Below, in pieces: positions 44,741 through 56,655 of a stretch of 64,000 nucleotides of DNA. The notes below the pieces were generated by a model. That model was given only the letters and a program-made list of their open reading frames with translations, did no database searches and had not been told where the DNA came from. The position numbers were made by a program, and so were the translations under genes. The stretch covers positions 28,334,001 through 28,398,000 of the forward strand of contig NC_083237.1 in NCBI RefSeq assembly GCF_032191835.1, in the 5' to 3' direction. Within the stretch, counting starts at the first letter, position 1; every line of letters starts with the position of its first letter. The stretch comes from Heteronotia binoei (Eukaryota).

Positions 44741-47673
44741 AAGGGAGTCGGCATGGGAGAAATTCAATAGAATGAGACTGCAGGGAGCCATGTTGCTCCA
44801 AAGCAAAAGCTGAACAAAAGCCGTGTGATACCTTTTATTGTGGTTTCAGTGGGATTGATGTTCTTAAAAGGCGTTGTGCGGATTAATAACCTTAATTTTT
44901 AAAATGTATAAAAGGTATTACATGGCTTTTGTTTTTAGAAATTCATTTAAGATTTCTAAACACGGGATGCAAAGCTAATAGGTAGAATTCATTGTATATA
45001 GGAACATAATACTGTTCTTTTTTAAAGGGGGGGGGGATAATTTGGATAGGTGCGGTCTTCAAAATTCAGATTTCCCTAACATGGCAAGAGCCTCTGATTG
45101 CTTTGCCTGTGCTGACGAAGTCTACATCATTGCAACAGATGGTCAACGGATACGAGAAATAGCTGAAGCAGGACGTGGGAGTTTAACTTATAGAGCACCC
45201 CAAAGGAAAGTACCATTGAGTTGCTTCATTCATTCATTCACTCACTCACTGTGCCCATTAATAACATTAAAAACATTGAAAACTGTGCCCATTAATAACA
45301 TTAAAAATACAATAATTTTAGCATTTGCATAGTATTCTCACTGTTAGGGCACAGTGTTAACATGTTTCATCAGCCCTAGAAGGTGGACCTCTAGCATTAT
45401 CCCAGTCTTGTGGGGTGGTGTTAGAGAAAGAACAAGTTGCTTGAGTTTGTAGAAGAGGCTAGATATGAACCAGGGATCTCCCACATCACAGTATATCTTC
45501 ATAACCACAGTGCTAAAGCAACTGATATTTGAGACTCTCTCCAGTTAGAAGCTCTTTATATAGAAGGCAGGGACATGGATAAGTAGTTAGGATGCTGTGG
45601 GATAGAAGCAGGCGTATGGAACTGAGGAAACAACCCAAGAAGAGTAAATCTGAAATATTTCCCACTTAAGGAAGAGGCCCTGCATCACATTCCTCAACCC
45701 ACTTGAACCACCTGCGTGGTATCAGAACTGGTCACCTCAAGACAGTAGGGCCCTTGTGAATCCCATTGTTCATACATTCTGGAATGGAACACTTGTTTAT
45801 GCTTTGTGGTCCAGCACTGCTGTGATTAACTATTGTCCCTTCAGAAAAGGCATCATCTGTTGGTGGTTTCTCTTTTGCGCACCAAAGGACTTAGGATTTT
45901 TGAGCTGTTGCAAGGAGTACTTTTTTTTGGTGATGCTTTGCTTTTTAAAAAAGAATTCCAGACTTTCCTTCTTCAGTTGATCCACCAACATCCTCTCCTG
46001 AGGGGAATTTGCTGTTTGCTCGCAACAATGCTGTCCAAGGTACTGGGGGGTCCTTGCAAAGCCTGACTGGGCTGCCTGAAACAGACCCATTTGCTGGCAA
46101 AACTGTAGATTTTTAGTCAGGACAGAGGGTACATGCTGTCCCAAAGAGAATAATAATTTGGTTTATCTGCTCTAGGTTGAGAAATACCTGGAGAAATTGG
46201 GGTGGAGCCTGAGGAGGGCAGGTTTGGAGAGGGGAGAGACTTCAATGGGGTGTAATGACAGAGTCCCTTCCACAGTGGCTGTTGTCTCCAGGGGGAACCG
46301 ATCTCTGTCGCCTGGAGTGGAGATTAGTTGTAATCCCAGGAAATCTTCAACCAACACCTGGACATTGGCAACCCTAGTCAGAGAAAAAAAATATATTGTG
46401 TAGATTTTTTGTTCACTTTTTATTTACAGGGAGGGAGGGAAATGATTATGTGGGGGGGCTAAGAGTTATCAAACCTCGAGGGTTGAGAAAGGATAGGGAG
46501 TAATTTGTTCCTCAGTTTTTCTCCACTAGAAACCAAGGTCACCTTCTAAAATTGGTTGGCTGTTAAAAATGGATTATAGAAAAGGAATTTCTTGACAGAA
46601 TACAACAAGGACTTAAGTGAATTCATACCCAGGCCCTTAAACACAATTGTTGTGCTTCAATGTCCACATTCACTGCTGCTAGGGTTCCTGGGTCCCTTCT
46701 GGCCACCAACAAGGGATGGGAGTGAAGGGTTACCAGATCCGGGTTGGAAAACTCCTGGAGATTTGGGAATAGAACCTGGGGAGGCCAGGGACCTCAGTGG
46801 GGTACAATGCCTTAGGACCCACCCTCCAAAGCAGCCCTTTTCTCCAAGGGAACTGTTCTTGTAGTCTGGAGATGAGCTGTAATTCTAGGGAATCCACAAG
46901 TCCCACCTGAAGGCTGGCATCCCTAACTCTTACACATGCACAAACAACAACTTGCTTTTGCACAAATGCGATCATGTGCATTCCCATCTGCAAGCCTACC
47001 AATTTGTGTGGGTGTGTTCACAAAGGTACACTTTCCCTCTTGGTCACCTGATCACGAATAGCTGCTCTTGGGCCCCCACTGCCACAGCTCCTGTACATAA
47101 CGGCACTTGCAAAGCAGTGTCTTAAGATGGGCAAAGCTGATTAAGGGAAGAGACAAGCTGATGCTTTGGGAGGTGGGGGAGGAGGAAGCCCTGAACTGCC
47201 TCCATCTTGCCTTTGCTGAAGGCAGTGTGAAGGCACCAGCCGAACTGGAGAGAGAAAGCCAGATCCAACCTCATATTTGCTGATCTTGGAGGGCCTAGAA
47301 CTCCAGGGTTGCCTGGGAAGAGGGTGAGTAAAGGAGGGAGGGAAATACGTTGGATTCTTAGAGGTTAGAACCTAGTTTTCTCATACTGATTGTTAGCTAC
47401 TTTGGTGTCTCGTAGCGAAAAAGCAAGGATATCAGCATTTTGAACAAAAAAGTGTATATTTTAAAAATGATTGTTGAAAGGGAAGTGCCTTTGGCCACCT
47501 GAAGTCTCAGCAAGGGGAGCTGGCTTGAGTGATTTATGGGAAGGAAAAGGGAAAGCAGGAAAAGCCTGGTTTCTCCAGGGGGGAGAATTTGATCTGATGG
47601 GGCTGTTCCCTGAAGTTATAAAAAACAATTAATACGGAATCCCATTAGGCCTCCTTTTCCTTCTGCTTGCCAG

Positions 47674-47720
47674 ATGCAGTCGGATCCTGTTCCGGTGCCA
47701 CCATCTCCAAGACCAGATGT
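47674..47720 (+). CDS. TULP2: Candidate first coding exon of the tubby-family gene (MQSDPVPVPPSPRPD)
   Basis: Strong polypyrimidine tract plus CAG|ATG; donor GT|GTAAGT; phase 2 fits the downstream chain. Confidence 0.5.
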
Positions 47721-50700
47721 GTAAGTTCGGGGACTGCTGCGGTGTGCATTTATGCATGCTCTTGTGTGTGCGTATGTATGTATGTGCAGGCTCTCTTTCT
47801 TAATCCCCGTTCAGCTAATTCTGTCCTGTCTGTCCTGGAAGAACAAGAAATGCCTCCAAGGGGAGGCCTTCGTGTTTTTAATCCACACCTTGAGGTCAGT
47901 GGCACTGAATACATAACCTACTTTGCAAGGCTGCCATCAAAAGACACGTCTGTGCTGGAGCCTGCACCCAGTTTAGCAGTTGTGGCTTTCGCCCAGAAGG
48001 AACAAGCGTAGATTTGTAGCAGGCAGCACAGAGAGACTCTTACAACTTTGTTCTTATGAGAAGGACACACCAAAGTGAAAATCAATGTGATGTTTCTGGG
48101 GTAGATATCATATAAAGTTGCCAACCTCCAGCTGGGGACTGGGGATCTTCCATGTAAGTAACTGTCAAACTACAGAGGTCAGTTCCCCTGGAGAAAATCG
48201 TGGCTCTGGAGGGTGGACTCTGTGGCACTGGGCTATACTGGTCCCTCCCTCCTCAACCTGGCATTGGAAGCTCTAGGTCAGGGGTGGCCAGACTGCAGTT
48301 TGGGAGCCACATGTGGCTCTTTCGCACTTACTGTGTGGCTCTTGAAATCTCTACCTCCTCATCAGCTGGCTTGAAGAAGGCATTTATCTCTTTAAATCAC
48401 TTCTCCAAGCCAAGCCAGCTGGCAACTTGGAGAATGCATTTAAAGTTAAAGTTGCTTTCTTTCTATCTCTCCCCAACTATTTTCCTTCCTTCCCTTTCCT
48501 TTCCCTTCCCTTCATCTGATGTTCATGACTTGCAGCTCTCAAACATTTATTTTATGTGGCTTTTACATTAAACAAGTTTGGCCACCCCTGGATATAGCAC
48601 CATCTATTCTCTTTATTCATTCCTGAGAAAATTCAGCATGGGAAAGGATCCACCACTCAAAAATGTGTGAATTACGAATGCACGTGTTGAGTCGTCATTC
48701 ACATATTGAGCTGTCAGCCCTTGATCTTGCATCATTTTCACTGGCCAGATTTTTTTTCATTGCTTCCAACAGGAAAAAAGCCCAGTGGTGACCACCAGCT
48801 GTACAAACAATAGCCACCTCTTCATCTGACATAATAGCATTCTGTATGTTTACAGTCACCCTGACATTGATGGGCGAGGCTAGCCCTATCTTGTCAGACC
48901 TCAGAGGCTAAGCAAGATCAGTCTTTGTTAGAACTTGGACAGGAGAACACAAGGAAGCCCAGGGTTGCTAAGCAGACAATGACAAACCACCTCTGTTCAT
49001 CTGTTGCCTACACAGTTGGCCTAAATCAGCTGTGATCAAAGTTCCCTCTAAGCTGTGGAGTCTTGTGAGCAAAAATTCAACTTTGGGAGCTACTGGCAGT
49101 AAAGCTGTGAGCTACTACATAAATTAGTTTGCTCTAGGGCCATTTCTCCTGAGCTGAGGCAAAAAATGTGTGAACAGGAGGCTAAAAAATTGTGAGCTAG
49201 CTCACATTAACTCAGCTTAGAGAGAACACTGGCTGTGACTTGATGACACTTTCCACCACTTGTGGTGCAATGGTAAATGTACCAGACTGGGCCTGGGGAG
49301 ACTAACATCCCGCTCAGCTCTGAAGTTCGTTCACTGATCTTGGGCCGGTCATTCTCTCTGTCTCAGCCTCATCTGCTATGGTTGTTGTGAGGATAAAATG
49401 GGAAAGGGAGAAACTATGTGCAGTTCTCAGAGTTTCTTGGAAGAGATGGTGGGATAGGAAATAACAGGAATATGGATAGTATATTATCTGGCAGTGTTTC
49501 TCTGCTCAAGTCCCTTTCCTGCTCAGAACTAAAGACCCCAGAGTTCTTTGGAGAGAAGCAACAGTAACCTGCATTGAGTTTTAGCAGATCTGTCTTATTT
49601 TTTAAAAATCTCTCTTGAGAGGAACTGATTAGTAGGGTTGGTAAGAAAAATTAAATATCCCATGGGTAGGCTTACCAGTTTCTGGGTGGGGGTCTCCAGG
49701 AAGTGATGCCCATACTGCAGAACTCAGTTCCCCCAAACGGCAGCTTTGGAGGGTGGACTGTGTGGCATCCCATCCCATCCCCACTCAGTTCCCTTCGCTC
49801 CCTAAATGCCATCTTTCCCCAGACACCACCCCCAAATTTCCAGGAATTTCCTAAGCTGAAGTTGGCAACCCTACCTGTCGGGATGGGGGAGCAAGCAAAC
49901 CCCCTGTTGGTCTGGGCATGCAGCCAAATAATGGGCTTACCAAGCAGAGGATTTGGGGCCTCCTTAAGGACAGGAGAGGGGGAGAAACTCCTCGGGAGTA
50001 GGACGGCATTGCAGATTTTGGCCTACTGGTGTCCCTCAATGGCAATCAGGGCTGTTGACAAAATAAGGTCGATTTTTGAAACGATGTGGATGTTTCCTCA
50101 ATAAAAGGTGGTCCCCTGAAAGCTCATGTCCTGCATCATGTGGTTGTTAGCCTCCAGGTGCAGTAGGGTTGCCAGATCCACACACACCCCCAGCCACCAG
50201 TGGGGGGTGGGAGAGTAGGGCTGCCAGATCCAGACTGGGAGGTCTGTGGGTGGAGCCTGCAAAGGACAGGGACCTCAGTGGGGTATAACAGAGTCCACCC
50301 TCTAGAGCATCCATTTTCTCCAAGGGAACTGGTCTCTGTAGCCTGGAGATGAGCTGTAATTCCAGGGGCTCTCCAGGTCCCACCTAGAGGCTGGCTTCCC
50401 TAGCGGGACAGCACTCTGCAACAGGCCAAGGTGTGTGTGTGGGGGGGGGGGGGAAACATGACTTGGCCTCACCTTGAATCCTTGTGAGAAAGGCTGTCCA
50501 TCAATAAATTAATTAATAAATAGATAAAAGTTGAAGCATTTGCAGGGTTAGGCTCTGAGGTGATAGAGCAGATCCACTAGCCTATAGCAGTGGCTTTGGT
50601 TTCCACCTGGCCTCTGTTCATACCTTAGTAAATAAAGCAAAATCCCCCACTGCCCCACACTCTTTCCTCCAAGGCAAACCAAACCCCTGTTAGTGCAGCC

Positions 50701-51041
50701 TCTGCAACGTCTTGTCATTTAGCAAAGGGAAAGCACATAGCATAACAAAGGTCAGAGAGATACTCAAGGGAGAGAGAAGAGAGGGTTTGTGGGCTATTGT
50801 GCACCAGCCTCTGGGCAATCCTTTCTCCTGGCTGGGCTGACCCTGCTAATTGACAGGTTAGCCATTTGTACTAGCAGGATTTGCCACTGCGCTTGCACAA
50901 AATGCAGATGCTGAGAGCATGGAGTATTTTGCTGCAAGAACCTCTCCTGGTTGTTTTGTCAACAGACGCTTACAGCTCTTGTGACATTTTGAGAACCGTT
51001 GTGTTTTGATGGAGTAACCCACCTGTGCCATTTCTTTGCAG

Positions 51042-51086
51042 CCCCCCAGCGACACCAAGTAGAAAACCCTCGTCTGCACCTGCCAG
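51042..51086 (+). CDS. TULP2: Candidate 45-nt symmetric exon (PPATPSRKPSSAPA)
   Basis: TTTCTTTGCAG acceptor, CAG|GTAAGG donor, phase 2 to 2, open frame. Confidence 0.5.
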
Positions 51087-52359
51087 GTAAGGAAAGACCA
51101 ACAGGCTGCAGCAGTTTCTGATGGGATCTGTAGAGGGCACAGTGGAATTGCGTTGGGCTGTTCCTTGAAGTTCACACAGAGCCTTTTTGTCTCAATCAGC
51201 TAATACGAGTCCTTTATTATAACGAACACCATTCTAAACAGGATAGAGACAAGACAGGATTCTAAAGTAGCCAGCTAAACTAGGATGAATGGAGATGTTG
51301 GAAAGAATGTCCTGCTCTGGTTGCAAGATTGGGGGGTGAGGAGAGAAAGAGAAGGTGTTATCTGGATGGAAGGAAGATTCCCTGAGGGTAGCAATCTACA
51401 CATCTCAGGGACAGCACCAGAGCACTCGAAAGGAAGAGATGCACAGGTACTGACCTATCTAGTTCTCTATAATCCCTCTTTAGGTTTCTTTTTATTGCCC
51501 TGCTTTGTATGAGTGCTATATTAAGTGACTGAATTGTCCAAAAGGGGAACTTTTGGGATGTACGAAGATTTTGTCAATTGTAAAAATTCCCATGAAGACA
51601 AACAGCAAGACTTAACAAGCAGAGTCACAAACTTTGGTGCAGCTCTGCTTAGGAATGCACTGTCAAGGGGGAATGACTCTGGTTTTCAGAGGTGCCCTAA
51701 CTCCCACTCCCTCCTCGTTTTGAACTCTCTTCTCCAACAGTGTGAACAATACAGGAATTCCAGAGAATTGTGGGTGTGATAAATCAAAATCATTATCTGT
51801 GTGAAGGTGGTTTAAAGCAGGGGTTGCCAGCATGGTGCCAATGGGCATCATGGTGCCCACCAAGACCTTTTCTGGTGTCCACCAAATGACTGGGGCCAGA
51901 TAAGGTTTTTGCCAGCAAGGCTTCTGATTGGTTGTGCAGATTTTTTTAAAAAAACAACATTGCTTGGGCAGCAGCTGCCCCCACAGCACAAGAATGTTCA
52001 TTGTGTGATGGCAAGGAAGCTGGGGCAGCCATTTTGTAGCTGCACCCTCCACACAGTGTCAGAATTCCAAAGGTGCCCACAGGTTCAAAATGGTTGGGGG
52101 ACCCCTGGTCTAGGGATGCCTGCCTAGGCACCTTCCCACCCAACCAGTGGCTGTCTCTTGGGGCTTTTGTGAGGTCACAAAGTCACTTTGGTGCTATAGC
52201 TTTCGGAATTCCCAGGAAGGAGCAATCCCAGGTAGCAAATGCAGTTTGCTCCAGAGCTGGCAGGCTGATGCCACATCTCCGAATGTACTGGAATCTGTAC
52301 TGTCGCCTCCGGTCTCTCTCCAGCTCATCACCTGAGGTTGACTCTTCCTTTTCTTCTAG

Positions 52360-52411
52360 AAACGGCAGTGATGAAACAGCATCCTTCCGGCAGCAGAAAT
52401 TAGAATACCAG
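52360..52411 (+). CDS. TULP2: Tubby-family N-terminal exon (NGSDETASFRQQKLEYQ)
   Basis: RQQKLEYQ matches the TUB/TULP RQQKLDRQ-type motif; AG/GT boundaries, phase 2 to 0. Confidence 0.8.
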
Positions 52412-53777
52412 GTACCATGGGAGGAAAGGCTTTCTGGCCTGTATTCTTGGGAGAGGGCAATTCCAAGGGACATGTCTCTGCCGTCCGATGTTCGCTTCAT
52501 AGTTTCCTGAATGTGACGCAGCTTATATTCAGAATTTGGGCAAGAGCCATCCATGGGGTTTTGTTGTAGGCAAGGAAAAGAATGGACAGAAGCTACAAAC
52601 TGAGGGAAAACATTTAACACAGCCCTCCCCTGGCTTAGAGAGTTCTCTGGTGGTAGAAAGTGCTGTCAAGCTGCAGCTGCAGAGAAGGGGTGTCGAACTT
52701 ATTTGTTATGAGGGCCGGATCTGACATAAATAAGACCTTGTCGGGCCAGGCTGGCCCGTATTGGGCTGGGCCATGTAAGATTAGGTAGCATAGCAGAGAT
52801 ATAAACTTTTTAAAGGACACAAACACGACTAAAGATTTAAAAAAAAACACCTTAAAACGTGCTTAAAACATTAGCACTTGTTGGTCTTCAAGGTGCTTTC
52901 TTTGTATTTCTCCCATGGGATCCAGGGAACTGGGCAAAGGAAGCTCTGGCTCTTTCCCTTCCTCCTCAGGGGACCAGGAGGGGGAGGAGCCTCAATCAAT
53001 GGAGAAAATAGAGGTTTTGCTCTATAGCTCCTGTGTGATTGAGCAAGCCTTGCAAAGCAAGATGAGATGCAGAAGGAAGCAAGAGAGAGGGAGAAGGAAG
53101 CAGACAAGAGCCAGTTGCTCAGGGGGCTGATAGAAGCCCTCTGGGGGCCTGATTCAGCCCTCAGGCTGCATGTTTGACACCCCTGCCAAAGAAAGAGACT
53201 TTCAGAGGTCGTTTACCATTGCCTGCCTCTGCATAGCAACCCTGGGCTCCCCTGGTGGTCTCCTATCCAAGTACTAACCAGGGCCAACCCTGTTTTGCTT
53301 CTGAGATCTGATGAGTTCAGGCTAGCCTAGGCCATCCACATAAGGAAAGTCTCCTGCCTCTGAGAGTTCTCCAGTCCCCACCCCCTTAACCTGGTTGCAT
53401 AGTCCACTGAAACCCAGAGAGGGATTGCAAGCATTGGTGGGACCTCTCTCGTTACCACCAGGTCCTAACAAGATCAAAAGCAGGCAGAGAATAGGGCCGG
53501 CTGAAGGATTTTTGATGCCTTAGGCAAACGATGACTTTGGCATCCCCTCCACCACTCAACAGAGAGAAAAGGGAGAAGTTTACAATGAACACTTTACATA
53601 CTGGGCATTCAAAATGAATAATGTAAAAAAAAAATAGAGAAGCTTTTAGGAGGCCTTCTGTGCTCCATTATGGAAGCCATGGAAGGCAAGAGTCAGCCTG
53701 TATGCAGATTCTAGAAGCCACTTATTGCCAGGATTCTTTTCATGCCTATGAGGGAGCTCCTCTTGCCTTTTTGGGGG

Positions 53778-53987
53778 AGGGACGGTGGCTCAGTGGTAGA
53801 GCATCTGCTTGGGAAGCAGAAGGACCCAGGTTCAATCCCTGGCATCTCCAAAAAAGGGTCCAGGCAAATAGGTATGAAAAACCTCAGCTTGATACCCTGG
53901 AGAGCTGCTGCCAGTCTGAGAAGACAATACTGACTTTGATGGACCAAGGGTCTGATTCAGTATAAGGCAGCTTCATATGTTCATATG
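53778..53987 (+). mobile_element. tRNA-derived SINE with LINE-like tail
   Basis: A box TGGCTCAGTGG, B box GGTTCAATCC, tail TAAGGCAGCTTCATATGTTCATATG; an inverted relative lies at ~58939-59138. Confidence 0.8.
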
Positions 53988-54052
53988 TTTTTGGCTCCCC
54001 TCAAAATCTGGCACCCTAGGCTATTGCTAGGGTTGCCGTTCTCCAGGTGATG

Positions 54053-54975
54053 CAGGGGAAAAGCACAAAAGCATCCAGAAACAACCAACAACTCTGGAAA
54101 ACTTGTGCAATGATATATTCAGTACAAAAACATATATAATAAAGTGTAGAAAGTCACACCAAGCACATTCCCCAAGACACAGTCTTATCTTTCTCGTGCA
54201 AAGTTCATAAATAAAGTGAATGTCTGGGGAAAACTTTCCTGAAAAGCTGGGAGCAGAGATTCCAAGAGTAGTCTTTTCCATCGAAACTGATATATAGCGA
54301 TATTCCACTGAGGCGACAGCGCCACTCCGAAATTTTAGAAGCGGCAGATTTATGAACAAAAAGCGATAAATCGCTGGTACACAAAAGCAGCAGAGCGCAT
54401 TAGAGCGACAGGGAGGCGCATATAACTCTGTTTCTCCAGAGGCTTTAACAAGCTTCACAAATCCTAAAAGTTCATAGAAAGAGGCCTCTTTCTTCTGCAG
54501 AAAATGTATTAAGCTAATGCTTTCTATGAACTTTTAGGATATGTTAAGCTTGTTAAAGCCTCTGGCGAAACAGGGTTATATGCGCCTCCCTGTCACTCTA
54601 ATGCGCTCTGCTGCTTTTGTGTAACAGCGATTTATCGCTTTTTGTTCATAAATCTGCCGCTTCTAAAATTTTGGAGTGGCGCTATGTTGCCTCAGCGGAA
54701 TATCGCTATGTATCAATTTCAACAGAAAAAGACCTCTCTTGGAATCCCTGCTCCCGGCTTTTCAGGAAAGTTTTCCCAGGACATTCACTTTATTTATGAA
54801 CTTTGCACGTGAAAGATAAGACTGTGTCCTGGGGAATGTGCTGGGTGTGACTTTCTACACTTTATTTATTTATATGTTTTTGTATTGTATTTATATGTTT
54901 TTGTATTGAATATATCATTGCACAAGTTTTCCAGAGTTGTTGGTTGTTCATGGATGCTTTTGTGCTTTTCCCCTG
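54053..54975. repeat. ~920-bp fold-back palindrome (arms 54053-54481 and 54521-54975)
   Basis: CAGGGGAAAAGCACAAAAGCATCC vs GGATGCTTTTGTGCTTTTCCCCTG, with continuous inverted similarity to a 39-nt spacer. Confidence 0.92.
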
Positions 54976-55944
54976 CTTTACTTTTCCACGTTGCTCTTTT
55001 GGTTGCTCTATTCTCCAGGTGATGGCTGGAGATCTCCTGGATTTACAGCCAGTTTCTAGATTACAGAGATCAGTTCCTCTGGAAGAAGAAGAAGATATTG
55101 GATTTATATCCCACCCTCCACTCTGAATTTCAGAGTCTCAGAGCAGTCACAATATCTTCCTCCCCCACAACAGACACTTTGTGAGGTGGGTATGGCTGAG
55201 AGCTCTCCCAGAAGCTGCCCTTTCAAGGACAACCTCTGCCAGAGCTATGGCTGACCTAAGGCCCTTCCAGCAGCTGCAAGTGGAGGAGTGGGGAATCAAA
55301 CCCAATTCTCCCAGATAAGAGTCTGCGCACTTAACCACTATACCAAACTGGCTCTCTTTGGAATGTGAACTCTATGGCATTCTAACCTGCTGAGGTTCCC
55401 CTCCTCCCCAAAGGGATTCCTCTTTGAGAAACACACATTCAAGACACTCCTGGGCATGTGCCAAGAGTTCTGTGGTTCTCGATGCTACCTTGTGTGACTT
55501 CAGCCTGGCCCAGAAACAGCAGTATCCCAATGTCTGATTGAGGGAGGGAACTGTTGCAGGGCCTGTAAGACAGAGCTGTTCCACCAGGCATTCAACTTCT
55601 GTTCACCTTTTTTTTATTCTGTGGCCTCCCTGCTGCAGGGGCCCTGATGAAATCACTCTGGTGGCCCATTTATCTTATACCAGCTGGGGGATGTATGGAA
55701 GGAGTGGAGCAGCTGATACCACTAACTGCAGAATTGGAGTTTGTTTTTAGACTGTATCTTGTTTTATTATATGTATCTGATTTTAACCCTATTATTGACT
55801 GTTGTTACCCGCAAAGAGCCCATTTGGGAAAGGGCGGGCTATAAATCGAAAATAATAAATAAATAAATAATAAAAATTTTAAAATACAAGCTCCATACTT
55901 CACCTGCCTTCTCTTTCCTGACCTTCTCTCCATGTCCCCTTCAG

Positions 55945-56101
55945 CGCCGTATCATCGAAAAGAAGCAGCGCCGCAAGCGCCAGGAACCGCTTATGGTGCA
56001 GGCCAACATGGACTCCAAGGTGAAAGGGCGTCGCGGGGGGCGCAAGTCTGAGGAACGTGTCCCATTGATGGAGTCTTGCAGTGAGCACAGCCTGTTCAAT
56101 G
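55945..56101 (+). CDS. TULP2: Tubby-family exon ([21 protein letters not shown]...)
   Basis: Hallmark TULP N-terminal motif KKQRxKRQExLMVQAN; AG/GT boundaries, phase 0 to 1. Confidence 0.88.
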
Positions 56102-56379
56102 GTAAGCTTGCTGGCCCAGTCTCCAGGTTGCAAATACCCCGCAGTCTAGTCTGCTGCTCTTCCTCACTCACATGGGCAGGCCTTAAGAGAATATTGACAA
56201 GCAGCACACAGCATTCCAACCAGTGAAGAAGCATTCTTTAAAAAAAAAAAAAAGTTCAGTGTAAAGCAATCTACTCACTGCAAATTTGCATGCATTTAAA
56301 AGAATCAGTGCATTTTAGCAGGGCCAGCCCTAAAAGCTTTGACGCCCCAGGCAGAAATAGCTACTTTCCCTCCCCCCCG

Positions 56380-56655
56380 CCATTCTCTCCTATGAGCCCA
56401 TACGCAAGAACACACTCCATTCTTTCCTACGGGCCCACAGGATAGAATGGCCCTCCATTATTTCCTATGGGCCCATAAGAAAGAATGGAGGGATCGGACC
56501 ACCGCTGCGGTGCGACGTTAGAGAAGGGGTTTTAAACTTTAAACCCCTTCTCTGAGGTCGCGCTGCAGAGGCAGCCCAATCCATCCATTTTATCCTTTGG
56601 GCCCATAGGATAGTATGGACACCATTCTGTCCTGTGCTCACATAGGATAGAATGG
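56380..56655. repeat. Five palindromic 34-nt units, consensus CCATTCTNTCCTATGGGCCCATAGGATAGAATGG
   Basis: Units start at 56380, 56417, 56455, 56585 and 56622; probably internal repeats of a MITE spanning ~56.32-57.11 kb. Confidence 0.8.

Noticed and set aside
53778-53850. Possible tRNA gene (A and B boxes)
   Set aside because: No cloverleaf or T-run terminator; it continues into a SINE body and tail, and has relatives elsewhere in the window. The same applies to the 5S-like segments, which are SINE heads, not rRNA genes.
56380-56655. CRISPR-like appearance of regularly spaced palindromic repeats
   Set aside because: Units are separated by only 3-4 nt, there are no unique spacers or cas genes, and the context is vertebrate.
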